Positions 63,675 through 64,000 of a stretch of DNA of 64,000 nucleotides are shown here, in pieces. Source of the stretch: Candidatus Latescibacterota bacterium (lineage in GTDB: Bacteria > Latescibacterota > UBA2968 > UBA8231); the NCBI GenBank assembly GCA_965219385.1, contig CBDCNM010000002.1:2164936-2228935 (forward strand). The letters run 5' to 3'. The position numbers and the translations under genes are program-made. The notes beneath the pieces are model-generated. The model was not told the DNA's origin and ran no database searches. It saw nothing but the letters and a program-made list of their open reading frames with translations. Every line of letters starts with the position of its first letter. Position 1 is the first letter of the stretch.

Positions 63675-64000
63675 GTGTTGGAGAGGACCCTTACGTCCGA
63701 GGCTCGGATCATAAGCTCGGCCCCAATTGCTCGGCCTGGAGAACGAGGCAGGCTCCCGGCACCCGAGCGGCGCCAACGGCTGGTGGTGGCGGGATTCGGC
63801 ATGGTAGCGTACAAGCTCGTCGAGCGCCTGTCTGCTCTGGAAGCACTGGGACGCTACGCCGTCACCCTCATTGGCGAGGAGCCCTACCTGGCGTACGACC
63901 GAGTCCGTCTCACCGGGTGGCTCGACCACCGCGACTCGCAACGGCTTGCCTTGGGGCGGCCAGGCTGGAGCGAGGCGCTGGATATCCGCGTCATCACCGG
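63675..64000 (+). CDS. nirB: NAD(P)H nitrite reductase large subunit-like flavoprotein, runs off the window
   Basis: RBS AGGAG, GTG 63675; RLVVAGFGMVAYKLVERL...TLIGEEPYLAYDRVRLT. Confidence 0.72.
   Translation, partial: MLERTLTSEARIISSAPIARPGERGRLPAPERRQRLVVAGFGMVAYKLVERLSALEALGRYAVTLIGEEPYLAYDRVRLTGWLDHRDSQRLALGRPGWSEALDIRVIT

Noticed and set aside
46663..64000. Intact integrative element at tRNA-Glu
   Set aside because: No integrase follows the tRNA and I did not find a duplicated tRNA 3' end in the window; only the island-like gene content is supported.

Overview
High-GC bacterial chromosome segment. The PhyH fragments, WD40+FlgD-tail protein and DUF6785-like membrane proteins suggest a Latescibacterota/Gemmatimonadota-like host, possibly a sponge symbiont (inference only). 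Layout: (1) 1-4.0 kb, a sigma-54 activator with an atypical receiver, divergent from a sigma-54 promoter that drives an MscS-like TM-repeat protein and a beta-barrel; (2) 4.1-7.6 kb, IS, hicAB and Uma2 remnants plus oligopeptidase A; (3) 7.7-20.8 kb, a type I RM locus (HTH-fused HsdM, HsdS, HsdR, short YgjP-like peptidase). Its cargo includes an aspartic protease and an intact, tightly coupled four-gene cassette (wHTH-like protein, P-loop ATPase, PIN protein, m4C MTase), which is the best candidate here for an undescribed defence system; (4) 20.8-30.4 kb, a decayed integron-like cassette array with three attC-like sites and no integrase in the window, carrying BrnT/BrnA, duplicated XcyI-like RM and PhyH cassettes, NYN and GNAT, plus an IS903-like element and a MITE whose empty site is visible; (5) 30.5-46.7 kb, mostly ordinary metabolic genes (acnA, UbiD, amidase, GH88 and others) ending at tRNA-Glu; (6) 46.8-64 kb, a second defence island (AAA_14/DUF4143 ATPase, frameshifted NACHT-nuclease, type IIG RM, several TA modules, FRG-TPR, AAA_21+DUF3226-like pair, ImmA/IrrE+DUF4411-like pair), then the start of a nirB-like gene. 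Many genes are deletion-fused fragments. All family assignments come from motif recognition by eye; no database searches were run.
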